A DNA stretch of 64,000 bases from the human T2T-CHM13v2.0 reference genome, Homo sapiens (GCA_009914755.4 CP068257.2:352001-416000); one strand, 5' to 3'. Counted from the stretch's first letter, positions 26,802-40,349 are shown. The notes: a model not told the origin generated them from the letters alone. Made by a program: numbers and translations.

Positions 26802-29800
26802 TCAACTCCCACTTATGAGTGAGAACATGTGGTGTTTTGTTTTCTGTTCTTGTGTTAGTTTGCTGAGAATGACGGTTTCCAGCTTCATCCATGTCCCTAC
26901 AAAGGACATGAACTCATCCTTTTTTATGGCTGCATAGTATTCTATGGTGTATATGTGCCACATTTTCTTTATCCAGTCTATAATTGATGGGCATTTGGGT
27001 TGGTTCCAAGTCTTTGTTATTGTGAACAGTCCTGCAATAAACATACGTGTGCATTTGTCTTTATGGTAGAATGATTTATAATCCTTTGGGTATATACCCA
27101 GTAATGGGATTGCTGGGCCAAATGGTATTTCTAGTCCTAGATCCTTGAGGAATAGCCACACTGTCTTCCACAATGGTTGAACTAATTTACACTCCCACCA
27201 ACAGTGTAAAAGCATTCCTATTTCTCCACACCCTCTCCAGTATCTGTTATTTCCTGACTTTTTAATGATCACCATTCTAACTGGCATGAGATGGTATCTC
27301 ATTGTGGTTTTGATTTGCATTTCTCTAATGACTAGTCATGATGAGCTTTTTTTCATATGTTTGTTGGTTGCATAATTGTCCTCTTTTAAGAAGTGTCTGT
27401 TCACATCCTTTGCCCACTTTTTGATGGGATTGTTCTTTCTTGTAAATTTGTTTAAGTTCTTTGTAGATTCTGGATATTAGCCCTTTGTCAGATGGATAGA
27501 TTGCAAAAATTTTCTCCCATTTTGGAGGTTGCTCGTTCACTCTCACAGTTTCTTTTGCTTTCCAGAAGCGCTTTAGTTTAATTAGGTCCCATTTGTCAAT
27601 TTTGTTTTTTTGTCATTGTTTTTGGTGCTTTAGTCATGAAGTCTTTGCCCATGCCTACGTCCTGAATGGTATTGCCTAGGTTTTCCTCTAGGGTTTTTAT
27701 GGCTTTAGGTATTAAGTTTAAGTCTTTAATCCATCTTGAGTTAATTTTTATATAAGGTGTACGGAAGGGATCCAGTTTCAGCTTTCTGCCTAAGGCTAGC
27801 CAGTTTTCCCAACACCATTTATTAAATAAGGAATCCTTTACCCAGTGCTTGTTTTTCTCAGGTTTGTCAAAGATCAGATGGTTGTAGATATGTGGTGTTG
27901 TTTCTGAGGGTTCTGTTCTGTTCCTTTGATCTATATATCTGTTTTGGTACCAGTACCATGCTGTTTTGGTTACCGTTGCCTTGTAGTATAGTTTGAAGTC
28001 AGGTAGCATGATGCTTCCAGCTTTGTTCTTTTTGCTTAGGATTGTCTTGGCTATTCGGGCTCTTTTTTGATTCCATATGAAATTTAAAATATATTTTTCC
28101 AATTCCGTGGAGAAAGTCAATGGTAGTTTAATGGGGATAGCAGTGAATCTATAAATTTCTTTGGGTAGTATGGCCATTTTCATGATATTGATTCTTCCTA
28201 TCAATGAGCATGGAGTGTTTTTCCATTTGTTTGTGTCCTCTCTTTTTCCTTGAGGAGTGGTTTGTAGTTCTCCTTGAAGAGGTCCTTCACATCATTGTAA
28301 GTTGTATTCCTAGGTATTTCATTCTTGTTGTAGCAATGGCGAATGGGAGTTCACTCATAGTTTGGCTCTCTGTTTGTCTGTTATTGGTGAATAAGAAAGC
28401 TTGTGATTTTTGCACATTGATTTTGTATCCTGAAACTTTGCTGAAGTTGCTTATCAGCTTAAGGAAATTTTGGGCTGAGACGATGGGGTTTTCTAAATAT
28501 ATAATCATGTCATCTGCAAACAGAGACAATTTGACTTCTTCTTTTCCTAATTGAATACGCTTTATTTCTTTCTCTTGCCTGATTACCCTGGCCAGAGCTT
28601 CCAACACTATGTGGAATAGGAGTAGTGAGAGAGGGCATCCTTGTCTTGTGCTGATTTTCAAAGGGAGTGCTTCCAGTTTTTGCACATTCAGTATGTTATT
28701 GGCTGTGAGTTTGTCATAAATAGCACTTAATATTTTGAGATATGTTCCATCGATACCAGTTTATTCAGAGTTTTTAGCACGAAGGGCTGTTGAATTTTGT
28801 CAAAGGCCTTTTCTGCATCTATTGAGATAATCATGTAGTTTTTGTCATTGATTCCGTTTATATGATGGATTACATTTATTGATTTGCATGTTGAACCAGC
28901 CTTGCATCCCAGGGATGAAGTCAACTTGGTCATGGTGGACAAGATTTTTGATGTGCTGCTGGATTCAGTTTTCCAGTATTTTATTCAGGATTTCTGCATT
29001 GATGTTCATCAGGGCTATTGGCCTAAAATTTTCTTTTTTTGTTGTGTCCTTGCCAGGTTTTGGTATCAAGATGATCCTGGCCTCATAAAATGAATTAGGG
29101 AGGATTCTTTCTTTTTCTATTGTTTGGAATAGTTTCAGAAGGAATGGTACCAGCTCCTCTTTGTACCTCTGGTAGAATTTGGCTGTGAATCCGTCTGGTC
29201 CTGGATTTTTTTTCGTTGGTAGGCTATTGATTAATGCCTCAATTTCAGAACTTGTTATTGGTCTTTTCAGGAATTTGACTTCTTCCTGGTTTAGTCTTGG
29301 TAGAATTCTCTGATGATAATTTGTATTTCTGTGGGACCAGTGGTGATATCCCCTTAATCATTTTTTATTGCATCTATTTGATTCTTCTCTCTTTTCTTCT
29401 TTACTAGTCTGGCAAGTAGTCTGTTTTGTTGATCTTTTCAAAAAACCGGCTCCTGGATTCATTGATTTTTTGAAGAGTTTTTCGTGTCTCTATCTCCTTC
29501 AATTCTGCTCTGATCTTATTTATGTCTTGCCTTCTGCTAGCTTTTGAATTTACTTGTTCTTGCTTCTCTAGCTCTTTTAATTTTGATGTTAAGGTGTCAA
29601 TTTTAGATCTTTCCTGCTTTCTCTTGTGGGCATTTAGTGCTATAAATTTCCCTCTACACACTGCTTTAAAAGTGTCCCAGGGATTCTGGTACGTTGTGTC
29701 TTGGTTCTCATTGGTTTTGAAGAACATCTTTATTTCTGCCTTCATTTCGTTATTTACCCAGTAGTCATTCAGGAGCAGGTTGCCCAGTTTCCATGTAGTT

Positions 29801-30527
29801 GTGAGGTTTTGAGTGAGTTTCTTAATCCTGTATACTAATTTGAATACATTGTGGTCTGAGAGACTGTTTGTTATGATTTCCATTATTTTGCATTTCCTGA
29901 GGAGTGTTTTACTTCCAATTATGTGGTCAATTTTAGAATAAGTGCAATGTGGTGCTGAGAAGAAGGTACATTCTGTTGATTTGGGGTGGAGAGTTCTGTA
30001 GATATCTTTTAGGTCCACTTGGTCCAGAGCTGAGTTCAAGTCCTGGATATTCTTGTTAATTTTCTGTCTCATCTATCTAATATTGACAGTGGAGTGTTAA
30101 AGTCTCCCACTATTATTGTGTGGGAGTCTAAGTCTCTTTGTAGGTCTTTAAGAACTTGCTTTATGAATCTGAGTGCTCCTGTATTGGGTGCATATATGTC
30201 TAGGATAGTTAGCCCTTCTTGTTGCATTGATCCCTTTACCATTATGTAATGCCCTTCTTTGTCTCTTTTTATCTTTGTTGGCTTAAGATCTGTTTTATCA
30301 GAAACTAGGATTGCAACCCCTGCTTTTTGTTGCTTTCCACTTGCTTGTTAAATGTTCCTTCATCCCTTTATTTTGAGCCTATTTGTATGAGATGGGTCTC
30401 CTGAATACAGCACATTGATGGGTCTTGACTCTTTATCCAATTTGCCAGTCTGTGTCTTTCAATTGGGGGCATTTAGCTCATTTACATTTAAGGTTAATAT
30501 TGTTATGTGTGAATTTGATCCTGTCAT
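26802..30527 (-). pseudogene. L1 ORF2 remnant (multiple frameshifts and stops)
   Basis: Minus-strand ORF pieces 26802-27320, 27325-27546, 27596-28204, 28287-28685, 28727-28942 and 29404-30072 all match L1 ORF2p ([18 protein letters not shown]..., ...[33 protein letters not shown]...). The ORF2 start RC gtgtgaatttgatcctgtcat sits at ~30507-30527. Confidence 0.85.
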
Positions 30528-30590
30528 TATGATACTAGGTGGTAATTTTGCTCATTAGTTGATGCAGTTTTTTCATAGTGTCAATTGTCT

Positions 30591-31613
30591 TTATAATTTG
30601 GTATGTTTTTGCAGTGGCTGTTACCAGTTGTTCCTTTCCATGTTTAGTGCTTCCTTCAGAAGTTCTTGTAAGGCAGGCCTGGTGGTGACAATATCTCTCA
30701 GCATTTGCTTGAAAAGGATTTTATTTCTCCTTCAATTATGAAGCTTAGTTTGGCTGGATATGAAATTCTGGCTTGAAAATTCTTTTCTTTAGGAATGTTG
30801 TATATTGGCCCCCACTCTCTTCTGGCTTGTAGGCTTTCTGCCAAGAGATCCACTGTTAGTCTGATGGGCTTCCCTTTGTGGGTAACTCAACCTTTCTCTC
30901 TGGCTGCCCTTATTATTTTTTCCCTCATTTCAACCTTGGTGAATCTGATGACTTTGTGTCTTGGGGTTGCTCTTCTTGAGGAGTATCTTAGTGGCGTTCT
31001 CTGTATTTCCTGAATTTGAATGTTGGCCTGTCTTCCTGGGTTGGGGAATTTCTCCTGGATAATATCCTTAAGAATGTTTTCCAACTTGGTTCCATTCTCT
31101 CTGTCACTTTCAGGTACACCAATCAAACATAGACTCAGTGTTTTAACATAGTCCTCTATTTCTTGGAGGCTTTGTTCATTTCTTTTCACTCTTTTTTCTC
31201 TAATCTTGTCTTCTTGCTTAATTTCTTTGAGTTGATCTTCAATCTGTGATATCCTTTCTCCTGCTTGATTGATTCAGCTATTGATACTTGTGTATGCTTC
31301 ATGAAGTTCTTGTGCTGGGTTTTTCAGCTCCATCAGGTCATTTATATTCTTCTCTAAACTGGTTATTCTAGTTAACAATTCGTCTAACTTTTTTTTTCAG
31401 GCTCTTAGCTTCCTTGCATTGGGTTAGAACATGCTCCTTTAGCTCGGAGGAGTTTGTTATTACCCGCCTTCTGAAGCCTACTTCTGTCAATTCGTCAAAC
31501 TCATTGTCTGTCCAGTTTTGTTCCCTTGCTGGCGGGGAGTTGTGATCTTCTGGAGGAGAAGAGGCATTCTGGCTTTTGGAGTTTTCAGCCTTTTTGCACT
31601 GGTTTCTCCCCAT
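30591..31613 (-). pseudogene. L1 ORF1 remnant
   Basis: Minus-strand ORFs 31368-31613 (MGRNQCKKAENSKSQNASSPPEDHNSPPAREQNWTDNEFDEL...) and 30887-31189 (...YSSRRATPRHKVIRFTKVEMREKIIRAAREKG) are interrupted. Confidence 0.85.
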
Positions 31614-32659
31614 CTTTGTGGATTTATCTACCTTTGGTCTTTGATGTTGGTGGTGTTGATACTATTCCTTTATGTTTGTTAGTTTTCCTTCTAACAGTCA
31701 GGTCCCTCTGCTGCAGGTTTGCTCGAGTTTGCTGGAGGTCCACTCCAGACCTGTTTGCCTGGGTGTCACCAGTGGAGGCTCAGTTGGAAATGCATGAACC
31801 ACCTGCCTTCTGTGTTGATCTCACTGGGTGCTGCAGGCCGGAGCTGTTCCTATTCAGACATCTTGCCAGCTCTCCCGTAATACTTTTATGAATGGGTGTA
31901 GTCCTCTCTTCTCAAGGTCCCCAAATATCTTGAGGTTCCTGGGCCCGTCAGAAAGTGACATTCTTTACTTCTTACCACAAGGACAGCAAATTTGTAAAGG
32001 ATCCTTGTAGACAGGACATCAAGCCAGTCATTCTAAGGGGCTTTGTATTGGTGCTATAAAGTCAACCTCAATTCCTTAAAGTGGTCTGGTTGTATCTGCC
32101 ATTCAAGTTAAAGCCTTGATAAAACAAACAGTGTCTCCAATTGAATCTTGTTACCAAAAACAGATTCTTATTGAAATTATGCAAATAATTATATTGCCAT
32201 AATTTAAGAATGCTCACGAATGGCTTCTGAATTCTGGAGAAATCTGCTAGAGAGACAGATAAATGGCTCAAATTTTTGTTCACAATGTAGTTTATCTAAT
32301 ATATTGTAAGTTAAAAATAGCTGAAAAGAAAAAAAATTCTTGACTTTGGAAAACAAAACATAAAGAGAATCAACAATGTTTCCAATGGAAAGGCCATGAA
32401 TAAAATCTTTTCCTTCTTTTATAAGTTCAGTCCCATGTAACTACAGCTTGTTCTGCTTGATTTCAAATAGCAATTCTCATTCAGTTTTTTGTGGTCTGCT
32501 TGATTTCAATTGGAAATTCTCATTCAGCTTTTTAGAGTCCTGGAAGATTTTCATAGTCCAATGGTATGATCCCCAAAGTTATCTGAAACCATATTTAAGA
32601 GAACTTGTCAGAGTCCTTTCCATTAAAAGTAATTTAGATGATAGCTGATTGTAAAGACT

Positions 32660-32981
32660 TTTTTTTTTTTTTTGAGACACGGTCTGGCTCTATCACTCAG
32701 GATGGAGTGCAGTGACATGATCTTGGTTCACTGCAATCTCTCCCACCCAAACTCAAGCCATCCTCCTACCTCAGCCTCTGAAGTAGCTGGGACCATAGGC
32801 ATGCACCATCATGCCTGGCTAATTTTTGTATTCTTGTAGAGAGAGGATTTTACCATGTTGCCCAGGCTGCTTTAAAACTTCTGAGTTTAAGCAATTCACC
32901 CACCTCGGCCTTCCAAAGTGCTGGGATTTTTACACGCGCGAGCCACTGTGCCTTGCACGGCCTTCAGCACCGCGCCTGGCC
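32660..32981 (-). mobile_element. Old Alu (AluJ-like), - orientation
   Basis: Poly-T, gagacacggtctggctctatcactcaggatggagtgcagtgacatgatcttggttcactgcaatctc ... cgcgcgagccactgtgccttgcacggccttcagcaccgcgcctggcc. High divergence. Confidence 0.8.
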
Positions 32982-33352
32982 TGTAAAGGGTTTTAGAGAA
33001 GAACTTTAAACAATCACCGTGGATGACAAAAACTTAGAGGAGCCTTTGGTTAAAATCCAGTGGAAGTTCTCAACTGGTGAGGAAATTTAGTTATTTCTAT
33101 TATATGTAGCATTTTAAGATAACAGCCAGAATCATGACTGACGGCAACACATCAGATCCATCAGACTTCCACAAATTTTATACAATCTTTAGAATATTTA
33201 TATTAATAATATATCTATACATATACAACTTTAGAGAATATTTAACATCATCAAAATTATCACTGATACCATATCAGATTTTTATAATTTATATAACATT
33301 TAAAATATTTATATTAATAATATACCTATAAATGTAACCAAAAGAAGATTTA

Positions 33353-33650
33353 GGCCAGGCACAGTGGCTCATGCCTGTAATCCCAACACTTTGGGAGGCC
33401 AAGTTGGACAGATCATCAGAGGTCAGGATTTCGACACCAGCCTGGCCAACATGGAGAAATCTTGTCTCTACTAAAAATACAAAATTAGCCGGGCGTGGTG
33501 GCATGTGTCTGTAGTCCCAGCTACTTGGGAGGTTGAGGCAGGAGAATCGCTTGAACCTTGGGGCAGAGGTTGCAGTGAACCTAGATCATGCCACTGCACT
33601 CCAGCCTGGGTGACAAAGCAAGATTCTGTCTCAGAGAGAAAAAAAAAAGA
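33353..33650 (+). mobile_element. Alu, + orientation
   Basis: ggccaggcacagtggctcatgcctgtaatcccaacactttgggaggccaag ... gattctgtctcagagagaaaaaaaaaag. Confidence 0.9.
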
Positions 33651-33774
33651 TTTAGTGTTACTTATCTTTTGGCAATGCTTGCCATACAATGTTATCAACT
33701 AAGTTTTAACAAAGATGTAAAAAAATTGAAAAGATTTGACCAAAACAGAATGACAGTTTATTGTTTTTAATTTT

Positions 33775-34065
33775 ATTATTTTTTTGAGACAGGGTCTCAC
33801 CCTGTTGCCCAGGCTGGAGTGCAGTGGTGAAATCATGGCTCACTGCAGCCTCAACCTCCCAGGATCAGGTGATCCTCCACCTTAGTCTCCCAAGTAGCCA
33901 GGACTATGAGCACGTGCTACCACACACAGCTAGCTTTTTTATTTTTAGTAGAGATGGGGTTTTGCCATTTTGCCCAGGCTGGAGTTGAACTCCTGGGCTC
34001 AACTGATCCACCCACCTTGGCTTCCCAAAGGGCTGGAATTACAGACATGAGCTGCTGCACACAGC
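33775..34065 (-). mobile_element. Old Alu (AluJ-like), - orientation
   Basis: tttttgagacagggtctcaccctgttgcccaggctggagtgcagtggtgaaatcatggctcactgcagcctcaacctcccagg ... gctggaattacagacatgagctgctgcacacagcc. Confidence 0.85.
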
Positions 34066-35231
34066 CACATGTCATTTTTAAATAGCAGTCATTCATTTAA
34101 TTAGCATGACAACCAAAAGACATCAAAAGCAACATAGAAGGTTACATGGATGTGAAAACTGAAAACCCTCAGTTTTCCCAAGTAATTAAAAAAAAATAAA
34201 GGCAACACATGGATTATCTTGATAAAACCTAAAATCTTCATTACAGGCCAGTCATTTAAAGGGTAAAACTCCTGTGGCATAACTGTGTCTTCTTATGGGA
34301 AGCTAATTTAAATCACTTGGAAGTCAATTCCGATGACATAGAGACTTTAATTTAATTAGACATAGAAAGAGTGTGTCCAGGGTCATGAGTGAGCATAATA
34401 TTACAAAGGAATGTAAACAGGAAAACCAGAGCATAGAGCAGTGGGGATCCATAGCTCACAATGATAGCATGGAAGTTTCCTGGTTACATGAAGTAATTAA
34501 GACATATTTAAAAGCCAAGAGTACAAAATCAGACCTGATGAAAAAGCTGAAGGAGTTATCATCCCAGCCAAGCAGGAAACCCAAGCCTTTTATTCCTTCT
34601 CAAGAAGGAACAGGAGCCAGTGATGTGATCTGTGAGTCATGTGTAACATGAAAGTACAGGAGAAGTTGAACTTCTGATATACAAATCTGAAAAGTTTTTA
34701 TAGTAATAGATTTCAGGATTAAAAGTCAATATTTATTACCTCTTCTTATGAGCAAATAAATACATTAAGAAAACCTTGTTGTTTTAACCAAAATTTTTAG
34801 TATTTTATCACTCTTTTTAATATTACAGCTAATTTAAATAAACTTTATAAACAATCTATCTGATCTCAATCAGTTTTGACCTCGATGTAAGTTTTACATA
34901 AACTTTTAATAACCTTGTATAATTTTTTCATCTTTCCCAACTTTTTATACACATTTAGTTTTATCTATCTTTTTTATTCCTTCAATTTAAAATAATCCTT
35001 AAAAATCTCTAAGCGAATTTACTTTCTCTGAAACAAAAACCGGTATACGTTTTGCATACAGAATTGTTTCCCTTGTATCTAGTAGTCTTAATCACATATA
35101 TCTACCAAGATATTAACACTTAGTAACCCTTATTTTAATAAAAAACCTAGGAAGCAAGAAATCTTGAATTGTCATATAGCAGTATCTTACATATGAGAAT
35201 AATTTCATAATTTAGAATTATGTGTTCCTAA

Positions 35232-35528
<297 letters not shown>

Positions 35529-35615
35529 TAAAATGTAAGTTTTAAATTGGAAATAACCCAGATATTTAATGAGTATCTATTATTTAATTTAACATAACTA
35601 AAATTTCAAAAATAG

Positions 35616-35888
35616 GCTAGGCATGGTGGCTCACACCTGTAATCCCAACACTTTGGGAGGCCAAGGCAGGAGTATCGTGAGACCAGCCTGAGCAAAATAG
35701 CGAGACGCTGACTCTACAAAAAAAATAAAAGTTAGCTGACCATGGTGGTGTATGCCTGTAATTAACAGCTACTTGGGAGGCTGAGATGGGAGGATCCCTT
35801 GAGTGCAGGAGGTCAAGGTTGCAGTGAGCTGTGATCATGTCACTGCACTTCATCCTGGGTGACAGACAGAGACACTGTCTCAAAAAAA
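35616..35888 (+). mobile_element. Alu, + orientation (internal deletion in left monomer)
   Basis: ggctaggcatggtggctcacacctgtaatcccaacactttgggaggccaaggcaggagtatcgtgagaccagcctgagcaaaatagcgagac ... ctgtctcaaaaaaa. Confidence 0.85.
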
Positions 35889-36364
35889 TTTCAAAAATAC
35901 ATTAAAATGTATTGTATAGACATTTATCCATTTACATTTACTTATTTTTGACAGTTTATCTAGAGTATTTGTGAGAACTGAGGTATTAGACAAAGCTAGT
36001 CATCATTTCTAGGTTATTTTATTGTTAACCATGTTATAGCCTGTGAATATCAGGTGTTCACATAAGTGAGGACTTCAAAGTTAAATACATGGGTATTTTA
36101 CCAATAACACAGAAAATTCCATTATTTTTGTTCAGCAAACCATATTAAATTGGTCTTATGTATTTAAAAAATCACATAAACAAATATTCTTTTTTTCCTG
36201 TGTTTACAGCTTTATAACCTTCATGCCAAACCCTAGCACCTTAAAATATCTAGCAAATGTAAATATAAAACACAAAAATGTTTGCTGACAATTCTGAAGA
36301 CATTTCTATTTTTATTTTATCAATACTTTTTAAATTATTTGTATTTATAAAAGAACTCTTTTGT

Positions 36365-36680
<316 letters not shown>

Positions 36681-36918
36681 ATTGTTTCATTCTTTTGTTT
36701 TTCTTCAGCCAAGTAACCTTGAATTGGTAACACCACAGACAGTAAGTCTTATCTCAACACCAGTAGACAAATCAGCAGATTCAAAGTAGGCAGGGAAAAA
36801 AAAAGATAGGCAAAAGAACTGAGACTTTTTCATTTTAGGGTTTTTAAAAATAGTAACTATTTGAGTTCTGAATTTTCTTTCATGTAATTTGGCCGTCAGG
36901 TTTAAAGTGTGCACTAGA

Positions 36919-37215
36919 GGTCAGGTGCAGTGGCTCATTCATGTAATCCCAACACTACGGGAGGCTGAGGCAGGTGGATCACTTGAGGCCTGGAGTTTGA
37001 GACCAGCCTGGCCAACGTGACAAAACCCCATCTCTACTGAAAATACAAAAATTAACTGGGTGTGGTGGTGTGCACCTGTAGTCTCAGCTATTCAGGAGGC
37101 TGAGGAAGGATAATCGCTCAAACCTGGGAGGCGGAGGTTGCAGTGAGCCGCGATTGTACCACCATACTCCATCCTGGGCAACAGAGCAAGACTCTGTGTC
37201 AAAAAGAAAAAGAAT
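36919..37215 (+). mobile_element. Alu, + orientation (first of a tandem pair)
   Basis: ggtcaggtgcagtggctcattcatgtaatcccaacactacgggaggctgaggcaggtggatcacttgaggcctggagtttgagaccagcctggccaacgtgacaaaacccc ... gactctgtgtcaaaaagaaaaag. Confidence 0.9.
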
Positions 37216-37232
37216 ATATATATATATATACA
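37216..37232. repeat. (AT)n microsatellite
   Basis: atatatatatatatata between two Alus. Confidence 0.8.
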
Positions 37233-37235
37233 CAG

Positions 37236-37520
37236 GCTGGGAACAGTGGCTCATGCCTGTAATCCCAGCAGTTTGGGAGGCCAAGGCAGGTGGATCACTT
37301 GAGATCAGGAGTTTGAGACCAGCCTGGCCAACATGGTGAAACCTCATCTCTACTAAAACCACAAAAATTATCCGGGTATGGTGGTGCACACCTGTAATCA
37401 CAGCTACTCAGGAGGCTGAGACAGGAGAATTGCTCGAACCTGGGAAGTGGAGGTTGCAGTGAGCCAAGAACACAACACTGTACTCCAGCGTGGGCAACAG
37501 AGTGAGACTCTGTCTCAAAA
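37236..37520 (+). mobile_element. Alu, + orientation (second of the tandem pair)
   Basis: ggctgggaacagtggctcatgcctgtaatcccagcagtttgggaggccaaggcaggtggatcacttgagatcaggagtttgagaccagcctggccaacatggtgaaacc ... gactctgtctcaaaaac. Confidence 0.9.
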
Positions 37521-37522
37521 AC

Positions 37523-37531
37523 ATGTGTGTA

Positions 37532-37562
<31 letters not shown>

Positions 37563-37577
37563 ATGTGTGTGTGTGTG
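37523..37577. repeat. (TG)n / (CA)n dinucleotide microsatellite (imperfect, ~27 units)
   Basis: atgtgtgtatgtgtgtgtgtgtttgtgtgtgtgtgtgtatgtgtgtgtgtgtgg. Confidence 0.9.
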
Positions 37578-38292
37578 GCTAGAATGGTCCATAATATATA
37601 GCCAGCTCCAGTCCCAGAAAACCTAGCAAGCTTCAGGTTAGAGCTTCTCATTTTGGCCTTTTCAAGATTAATTCTCCTTTAGTAAGCCCTTCCCCTCTAG
37701 GGAGGTACTTGCCGGAGCGCTGCCTGAAGTTGGTTTTCTGATGCCCTGTTGTTTCTGTTCTGAATGGTTTATTTCTCAGTATAAGAGCTCAGCAAAGCAG
37801 GCAGAGTTAAAAAGCAGAGACATGAAGGCTTTAAAATCATGGACTTCACTCCTACACTGAATCTCAGGTCCCCAGAAAGACAGAAACACCATGGGACCAC
37901 AGCAAAGGCAGAAGGAGGAATGAGAGAGGGAGGTGGACAGAACAACAAACAGGAGTTGGCTCTCAATTTTTCAAATGTGCCATTTTCTTTAGGTTTTTCT
38001 AGTTTATGGAGTCTCTTTGTTCCAGTTGAGCACACAGATAAACTAGAGATCTCACAAGGCTTTTGCTGAGAACATCAAAGCCTTTAACCTCTGTTGGGCC
38101 AAATATTTAGACCAAAAATACAGATAGACACACAAAAGCCAGAACCAGACCAGATTGAGTATCTCAGTGGCTACAGCCTTTATTCCCTTTATTCTTTAGG
38201 ATTCGAACTCAAACCAGATTCAGGATTCTAACCCAACCAGGACACCCCTGGGGTGAAACTGAAACCCCACAGTCTAGACAAGGTTGGGGGTC

Positions 38293-38593
<301 letters not shown>

Positions 38594-38711
38594 TGCTTGT
38601 TCTTTTCATTTCATCCTTATCTCCGAATACAGGAGAGTAGCTGATTTGGTGTTCACTAACAAGCACAGAAGCTTTGTTACATTTACAGTGTCATTCTTGG
38701 GAAAACCTGAA

Positions 38712-38929
38712 GTTTTGCCTCCCGGGTTCACACCATTCTCCTGCCTCAGCCTCCTGAGTAGCTGGGACTATAGGCGCCCGCCACCTCACCCAGCTAATTT
38801 TTTGTATTTTTAGTAGAGACGGGGTTTCACCGTGTTAGCCAGGATGGTCTCGATCTCCTGACCTTGTGATCCACCCACCTCGGCCTCCCAGAGTGCTGGG
38901 ATTACAGGCTTGAGACACCACGCCCAGCC
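38712..38929 (-). mobile_element. Alu fragment, - orientation (lacks the poly-T end and ~50 nt)
   Basis: Starts mid-element at cctcccgggttcacaccattctcctgcctcagcctcctgagtagctgggactataggcgcccgccacc ... ggattacaggcttgagacaccacgcccagcc. Confidence 0.85.
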
Positions 38930-39170
38930 AGAGGTTCTAATTTCAATGATGATTGTGCTTTTTATCTCTTCCTCAGCATCTGGTTCATGATAAAATTTCA
39001 GGCATCTTGATGGTATCTAAATCAATTGTTGATTCTGTCCTGGAGAAACACAAGCATAACCTCTATGCCAAGTTATAATTTTACCTATTTCCCAACTTTT
39101 TGTTATTGGATATCTCCACCAAACCAGTTGTTCTGCTTCTGTCTTTGCAGCTGGTTTCTGTAGATGCTGT

Positions 39171-39677
39171 TCAGCTGCTGATAACATCTGGCCTTTGGGC
39201 AGGCTTAAAAAATTGAAAGTTAATAATGCTAGATTCAATTGTATATGGGCTATCCCTTAATCCCTGTTTCTCCCCCTTTTTTGTTTTTATTATCAGTTGT
39301 TCATCTGTATGAAATCGTAACTGAGCATTTTCAATTAACTGTGTGGAATGAACCATGTATGAAGAATCAGAAATCACATTAATAGGCATATCAAAAGCAG
39401 TCAATACCTCAATTACAGCTACAAGCTCCACTTTTTGAGCTGAAGTATAGGGTGTCTGGAAAACTTTACCTTTTGATCCAGAATAAGAAGCTTTACCATT
39501 ACTATACCCATCTGTGAAACAATGAAAACACTTCGCAGGCTGCAGGTTGCTTGCTGCAGGAATTGTAAATGCAAACTGTTCACAGTCTTGCTCAGCTAAA
39601 AGGGTAGTAAAGAAACAGTCTTTTAAATCTGTGACTATTAAAGGCCAATTTTTTGGAATTATAGTAGGAGAAGGCAA
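39171..39677 (-). pseudogene. ERV pol remnant: reverse transcriptase N-terminal motif fused (by deletion) to the RNase H domain
   Basis: ORF 39171-39677 (-): MPSPTIIPKNWPLIVTDLKDCFFT... (the RT LDLKDCFF motif) followed directly by ...FTDGYSNGKASYSGSK...QKVELVAVIEVL...INVISDSSYMV (the RNase H DG...E...D signature). Confidence 0.8.
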
Positions 39678-40130
39678 TCCTGGCTGTTATGTTTCCATAG
39701 GTTGCATAACTGAATTGATGGCTCTTAAGTCAGTTAACATTCTCCATTTACCTGATTTTTTCTTAATTATGAAAACTGGAGAATTCCAAGGGGAAAATGT
39801 TGGAGCTATGTGCCCATTTTCTAATTGTTCAGTAACTATTTTCTCTAAAGCTTCCAGTTTCTCTTTGCTTAGCAGCCATTATTCTATCCAAATTGGCTTA
39901 TCTGTTAACCATTTTAAAGGTATAGGTTCTGGAGGCTTAACAATGGCCACCATCAAAAATGATATCCTAATCTTTGGCAAGAACTTTGTCTTTCCGTTTG
40001 AAGCAGTTCTTTCAAACCTTGCAAATTTTTTTTCTACTCCCATTCCACGGACATGCCCCATTTCGTGCATCATATGCTGACTTTGAGGGCTGTGTAATTG
40101 TTATGGAATTAGAACTTGTGCTCCCCATTG

Positions 40131-40349
40131 TCATAATAAATCTCTCCCCCATAAATTTATAGGTACAGAAGTTGTAATTGGTTGAACAGTCCCAGGTTGT
40201 CCATCGGGCCCTTCACAATGCAAAATATAGCTACTTTGATACACTTCTGGGGCTTTAGCAGTTTCCACTGTGTTAAATTGAGTGGGCTGAATTGGCCACG
40301 TGGACGGCCAGTGCTGTAGAGAAATGATTGAAATGTCCGCTCCTACCAA
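40131..40349 (-). pseudogene. ERV aspartic protease remnant
   Basis: MVGADISIISLQHWPSTWPIQPTQFNTVETAKAPEVYQSSYILHCEGPDGQPGTVQPITTSVPINLWGRDLL. Compare HERV-K PR ...DTGADVSIIALNQWPKNWPKQ...SEVYQSTEILHCLGPDNQESTVQPMITSIPLNLWGRDLL. Confidence 0.85.

Larger units (their letters stand above)
26585..31880 (-). mobile_element. Near-full-length LINE-1 (L1PA, somewhat older than the + copy), - strand, with a ~600 bp internal deletion in the 5'UTR
   Basis: 3' end on the + strand reads ttttttttattatactttaagttgtggggtacacgtgcagaatgcacaggtttgttacataggtatacatgtgc (RC of the L1 3'UTR and tail). 5' end ...ctgcaggccggagctgttcctattcagacatcttgcc is the RC of the L1 5' start ggagccaagatggccgaataggaacagctc. The 5'UTR RC is contiguous but skips the central part. 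ORF1 and ORF2 remnants lie on the - strand. Confidence 0.9.

Noticed and set aside
31526-32010. + strand ORFs 31526-31891 and 31828-32010
   Set aside because: They lie antisense to the L1 5'UTR and ORF1 start. They are not conserved coding sequence.
33134-33340. AT-rich segment with a ~110 bp-spaced direct repeat (aatatttatattaataatata[t/c]ctata) giving a 65-aa ORF
   Set aside because: This is low-complexity AT-rich DNA. The repeat is short and the ORF is an artefact of AT-rich codons (I/Y/F/N).
39547-40080. 177-aa + strand ORF (MLAAGIVNANCSQSCSAKRVV...)
   Set aside because: It lies antisense to the ERV pol remnant, and the real homology (RT/RNase H/protease) is on the - strand. It is an antisense open frame only.
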